Below are positions 61,264-64,000 of a stretch of 64,000 nt of DNA, in pieces. Source of the stretch: Gammaproteobacteria bacterium (GTDB lineage: Bacteria; Pseudomonadota; Gammaproteobacteria; UBA4575); contig CBDCUI010000007.1 in NCBI GenBank assembly GCA_965222615.1, positions 512,001 to 576,000 of the forward strand. The letters are read 5' to 3'. Made by a program: the position numbers and the translations under genes. The stretch's first letter is position 1, and each line of letters starts with the position of its first letter. The notes under the pieces are model-generated. The model was given only the letters and a program-made list of their open reading frames with translations, was not told the origin of the DNA and ran no database searches.

Positions 61264-61800
61264 ATGAGTGAATTAAAAGCAGTAATCATGGATCGAGATG
61301 GTGTAATCAACGAAGAGTCAGACGAATTCATAAAATCACCTGAAGAATGGATCGCAATCGAAGGCAGTCTAGAAGCCATAGCAAAATTAAATCATGCCAA
61401 GGTGAAAGTATTTATCGCCTCAAATCAATCTGGTGTTGAACGCGAATTATATGATTACAATGTATTAAACCAAATTCATCAAAAAATGTTGGCCGAACTT
61501 GCGCAACATGGTGGCCACATAGACGGGATTTTTATCTGTCCTTATAAGGAAGGTGAATGCCGCAAGCCCAACCCAGGAATGCTTGTTGAAATTGAAAAAC
61601 GTTCAAAAATATCTTTACAGAAAGCCCCTTTTATTGGCGACTCATTGCGTGATGTTCAGGCCGCGATTGCGCATGGATCGATGCCTATATTGGTACGTAC
61701 CGGTAACGGCTCGGTTACAGCGCAAAGCGAACAGCTACCAAGAAATATCCCCATTTATGATGACCTAGCCAGCTCCGTGGACGCATTATTAGCTCAGTAA
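61264..61800 (+). CDS. gmhB: D-glycero-D-manno-heptose 1,7-bisphosphate phosphatase
   Basis: MDRDGVIN, SNQSG, CRKPNPGM, IGDSLRD; glyS-gmhB-plsC synteny. Confidence 0.92.
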   Translation: MSELKAVIMDRDGVINEESDEFIKSPEEWIAIEGSLEAIAKLNHAKVKVFIASNQSGVERELYDYNVLNQIHQKMLAELAQHGGHIDGIFICPYKEGECRKPNPGMLVEIEKRSKISLQKAPFIGDSLRDVQAAIAHGSMPILVRTGNGSVTAQSEQLPRNIPIYDDLASSVDALLAQ

Positions 61801-61824
61801 ATTAAAAAATATAGCGTTGCTTTT

Positions 61825-62538
61825 ATGCAAACAATCCGCTCGATACTCTATTTATTAGGTATGGCCACACTTACTTTAGTTTTTGGCTTTTTATGCCTTT
61901 TTACTGTTTTAATACCTTACGAAACTCGTTATAAGTTTATTCTGTATTGGTGTGTATTTAATCTATGGTGGCTGCGTGTAACATGTGGGTTAAAACATAC
62001 CGTAGTCGGTGAAGAAAACATCCCCTCTGGACCTTGTATTGTGATGGCGAATCACCAGTCAACCTGGGAGACTCTGGCACTTGGAATGGTATTTCCACCT
62101 TTAACTTGGGTAGTAAAACGAGAACTTTTCTTAATTCCCATATTCGGATGGGGACTTGCGCTAACCTATCCCATTGCCTTAAATCGTAGTGCAGGCCGCA
62201 AGGCAGTTGATCAACTCGTAGAACAGGGTAAAAAAAAATTAAATCTTGGGCGGTGGATTTTAATTTTCCCTGAAGGTACTCGCATCCCGCCCAAAACCAA
62301 GCGAAAATTTAAAATTGGTGGTGCAATGCTCGCTGCTGAATCGGGTGTTCCTATTGTTCCCGTGGCACATAATTCAGGTAGTTTTTGGGCTAGAAAGCAG
62401 CTCACCAAAAAACCGGGCACTATTCAAATGGTAGTCGGTCCCGTAATACATAGTGATGGCAAAACCGCAGAACAAATTAATCAAGAAGTATTTGATTGGA
62501 TTAGTACACAACGCGATGTACTAGAATCATCACTATGA
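61825..62538 (+). CDS. plsC: 1-acyl-sn-glycerol-3-phosphate acyltransferase
   Basis: NHQSTWE, KRELF.IP.FGW, IFPEGTR, IVPVA. Confidence 0.93.
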   Translation: MQTIRSILYLLGMATLTLVFGFLCLFTVLIPYETRYKFILYWCVFNLWWLRVTCGLKHTVVGEENIPSGPCIVMANHQSTWETLALGMVFPPLTWVVKRELFLIPIFGWGLALTYPIALNRSAGRKAVDQLVEQGKKKLNLGRWILIFPEGTRIPPKTKRKFKIGGAMLAAESGVPIVPVAHNSGSFWARKQLTKKPGTIQMVVGPVIHSDGKTAEQINQEVFDWISTQRDVLESSL

Positions 62539-62594
62539 AAGGTTTATTTAAAAAACCTTTTTACTCTAATAAAATTCAGCTAGGTGACTGAAGG

Positions 62595-62810
62595 TTATTT
62601 TAAAGCCAACTGTTCTTGCGAATAAATTTGATGATAGTTCTCTATAGTGAATTTGGTTACCGCCAATAATCCACTTATCAAAACTAGACCCGCAATAGCA
62701 CTTATCACGCTATAGCGAATTATTCTTGTATGTATATCTGCACTACATGAAGGGCAGTATTGTTCACCACAATCTGCTCCACAACATTGGCACTCGCATC
62801 TCATAATCAT
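62595..62810 (-). CDS. Small Cys-rich (zinc-ribbon-like) membrane protein
   Basis: SD AGAGGAG upstream of ATG 62810; CECQCCGADCGEQYCPSC followed by one TM helix. Confidence 0.6.
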   Translation of the reverse strand: MIMRCECQCCGADCGEQYCPSCSADIHTRIIRYSVISAIAGLVLISGLLAVTKFTIENYHQIYSQEQLALK

Positions 62811-62857
62811 AAGCACTCCTCTTAGCTTTGATTATTACTTCCCCAACGTTAGGTAAG

Positions 62858-62919
62858 ATTATACAAATTATTATTTGTTTATTTTTGATTTGTTAATTGA
62901 AAATGTGAATTTATTCACA
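62858..62919 (-). promoter_or_regulatory. CRP/Vfr site plus -10 element (class I geometry)
   Basis: Perfect TGTGA-ATTTAT-TCACA (62904-62919); TATAAT at 62863-62858; site centre near -61. Confidence 0.7.
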
Positions 62920-63097
62920 CTTAAATAAACGTTATAGATATTTATAAAGCTACTTTAAAGTAAATACTGAGGATTAAATGGGAAAATTGCACAATACTGC
63001 TATTGATTAGCACAAACTTTTTGGTAAATACAAAACTATATGAGTAAAAAGTTATTAGGTCTTATCCTTGAATATTTGCTATGCAATTCAAAGATGT

Positions 63098-63433
63098 TTA
63101 AAAACAAATTTTTGTTTTAATAATTTTCCAACGTCTACCGTGCTGATCTTCACCTGTAGAACCATCACCCAACAAATATGGTGAATTCAGTTCAATAATA
63201 TAAGGGTCCTCACCATCCAGATATATAATTACATATGTAGAGTGACCGCTGTAGTTATGCGTCTTATAGCTTCTATTCAATGCATCACCACTTGTAATAA
63301 CAGCCTCGATTTCTTGACCTTTAGACCATTTATAATTTTCTCTAAATTTTGCACATACCAGATCATCTTCACCACCAAAAACAACTTTGGAAAGTACACA
63401 AAAAACTAATGTAAAAACTAATGCTCGATACAC
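63098..63433 (-). CDS. Hypothetical secreted protein
   Basis: Signal-peptide-like N-terminus, Cys near both ends of the mature chain; no recognised motif. Confidence 0.55.
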   Translation of the reverse strand: MYRALVFTLVFCVLSKVVFGGEDDLVCAKFRENYKWSKGQEIEAVITSGDALNRSYKTHNYSGHSTYVIIYLDGEDPYIIELNSPYLLGDGSTGEDQHGRRWKIIKTKICF

Positions 63434-63488
63434 TTTGATTTCTAAAAGGCCTTATAAAAAGTTACCCCTGTGTTGGCGTGTGTAAACT

Positions 63489-64000
63489 TTATGGACAAGG
63501 ATTGGGTTGTAGTTGGTGCAATTTTTCTATTTCAGCATATACTTCTTGTGATATTTCTAAATTAATACTGTCAATATTTTCTTTTAGTTGCTCTAGATTT
63601 GTTGCGCCAATTATGTTGGATGTTACAAAAGGTCTAGTATTGACAAATGCTAACGCCATTTGCGTGGCCGAATAACCATATCGCTGTGCTAATTCAACAT
63701 ATGATTTAGTCGCTGTGATACCTTGTTCATTAGTATATCGATCAAAACGTTCAAATAAGGTAAGGCGCGCAGTTGCTGGTGCATTGCCGTCTAAATATTT
63801 ACCGCTTAATACACCAAAACCGAGTGGTGAATATGCAAGTAAACCAATATTTTCGCAATGCGAGACTTCTGCCAGGCCTACTTCATAGGTACGATTCAAT
63901 AGGCTATATGGATTCTGGATACTCACAATACGTGGCCATGAATTTTTAGATGCGCAAAACTGATACCGCATAACTCCCCACGGAGTTTCATTACTGATCC
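63489..64000 (-). CDS. tas: NADP(H)-dependent aldo/keto reductase Tas (5' truncated by window edge)
   Basis: ISNETPWGVM continues in frame to the window end; IQNPYSLLNR, LLAYSPLGFGVLSGKY, IIGAT, PNPCP. Confidence 0.92.
   Translation of the reverse strand, partial: ISNETPWGVMRYQFCASKNSWPRIVSIQNPYSLLNRTYEVGLAEVSHCENIGLLAYSPLGFGVLSGKYLDGNAPATARLTLFERFDRYTNEQGITATKSYVELAQRYGYSATQMALAFVNTRPFVTSNIIGATNLEQLKENIDSINLEISQEVYAEIEKLHQLQPNPCP

Overview
A gene-dense chromosomal window from an AT-rich gammaproteobacterium. No rRNA, tRNA or CRISPR array is evident. In order: (1) 1-11.6 kb, the end of a Wzx/Wzy exopolysaccharide locus with succinoglycan-like ExoL/ExoM/ExoQ-type genes, two sulfotransferases, an acyltransferase and WcaJ; (2) the core block ispB-rplU-rpmA-obgE-proB-rpsT-murJ-ribF-ileS-lspA-ispH; (3) two complete, diverged type IV minor-pilin operons in tandem (fimU-pilV-pilW-pilX-pilY1-pilY2-like-pilE); (4) yajL-yibQ-ctpA-envC and arsR-yibN-grxC-secB-gpsA; (5) a stand-alone GIY-YIG nuclease gene bracketed by GTC-tagged REP-like palindromes that recur gene-less 25 kb away; (6) trmL, a class 1 pyrD and an outer-membrane barrel gene; (7) an integrase-less mobile-mystery A/B cassette bounded by a duplicated ntrC 3' end; (8) ntrC-ntrB-DUF4124-glnA with clear sigma54/NtrC sites; (9) glyQS-gmhB-plsC, two small ORFs and a partial tas. 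The best leads lie outside the ORF track: a sigma54-driven ~430-nt RNA with 15 GGA motifs (CsrB/Rsm-like) that also encodes a 42-aa membrane peptide; the GIY-YIG/REP pairing, which mirrors RAYT/REPIN systems; a CRP-class-II-driven ~60-nt RNA upstream of the pil operons; and a five-copy MITE family, one remnant of which supplies the secB start codon. All calls come from reading the sequence by eye; no database search or folding program was run.
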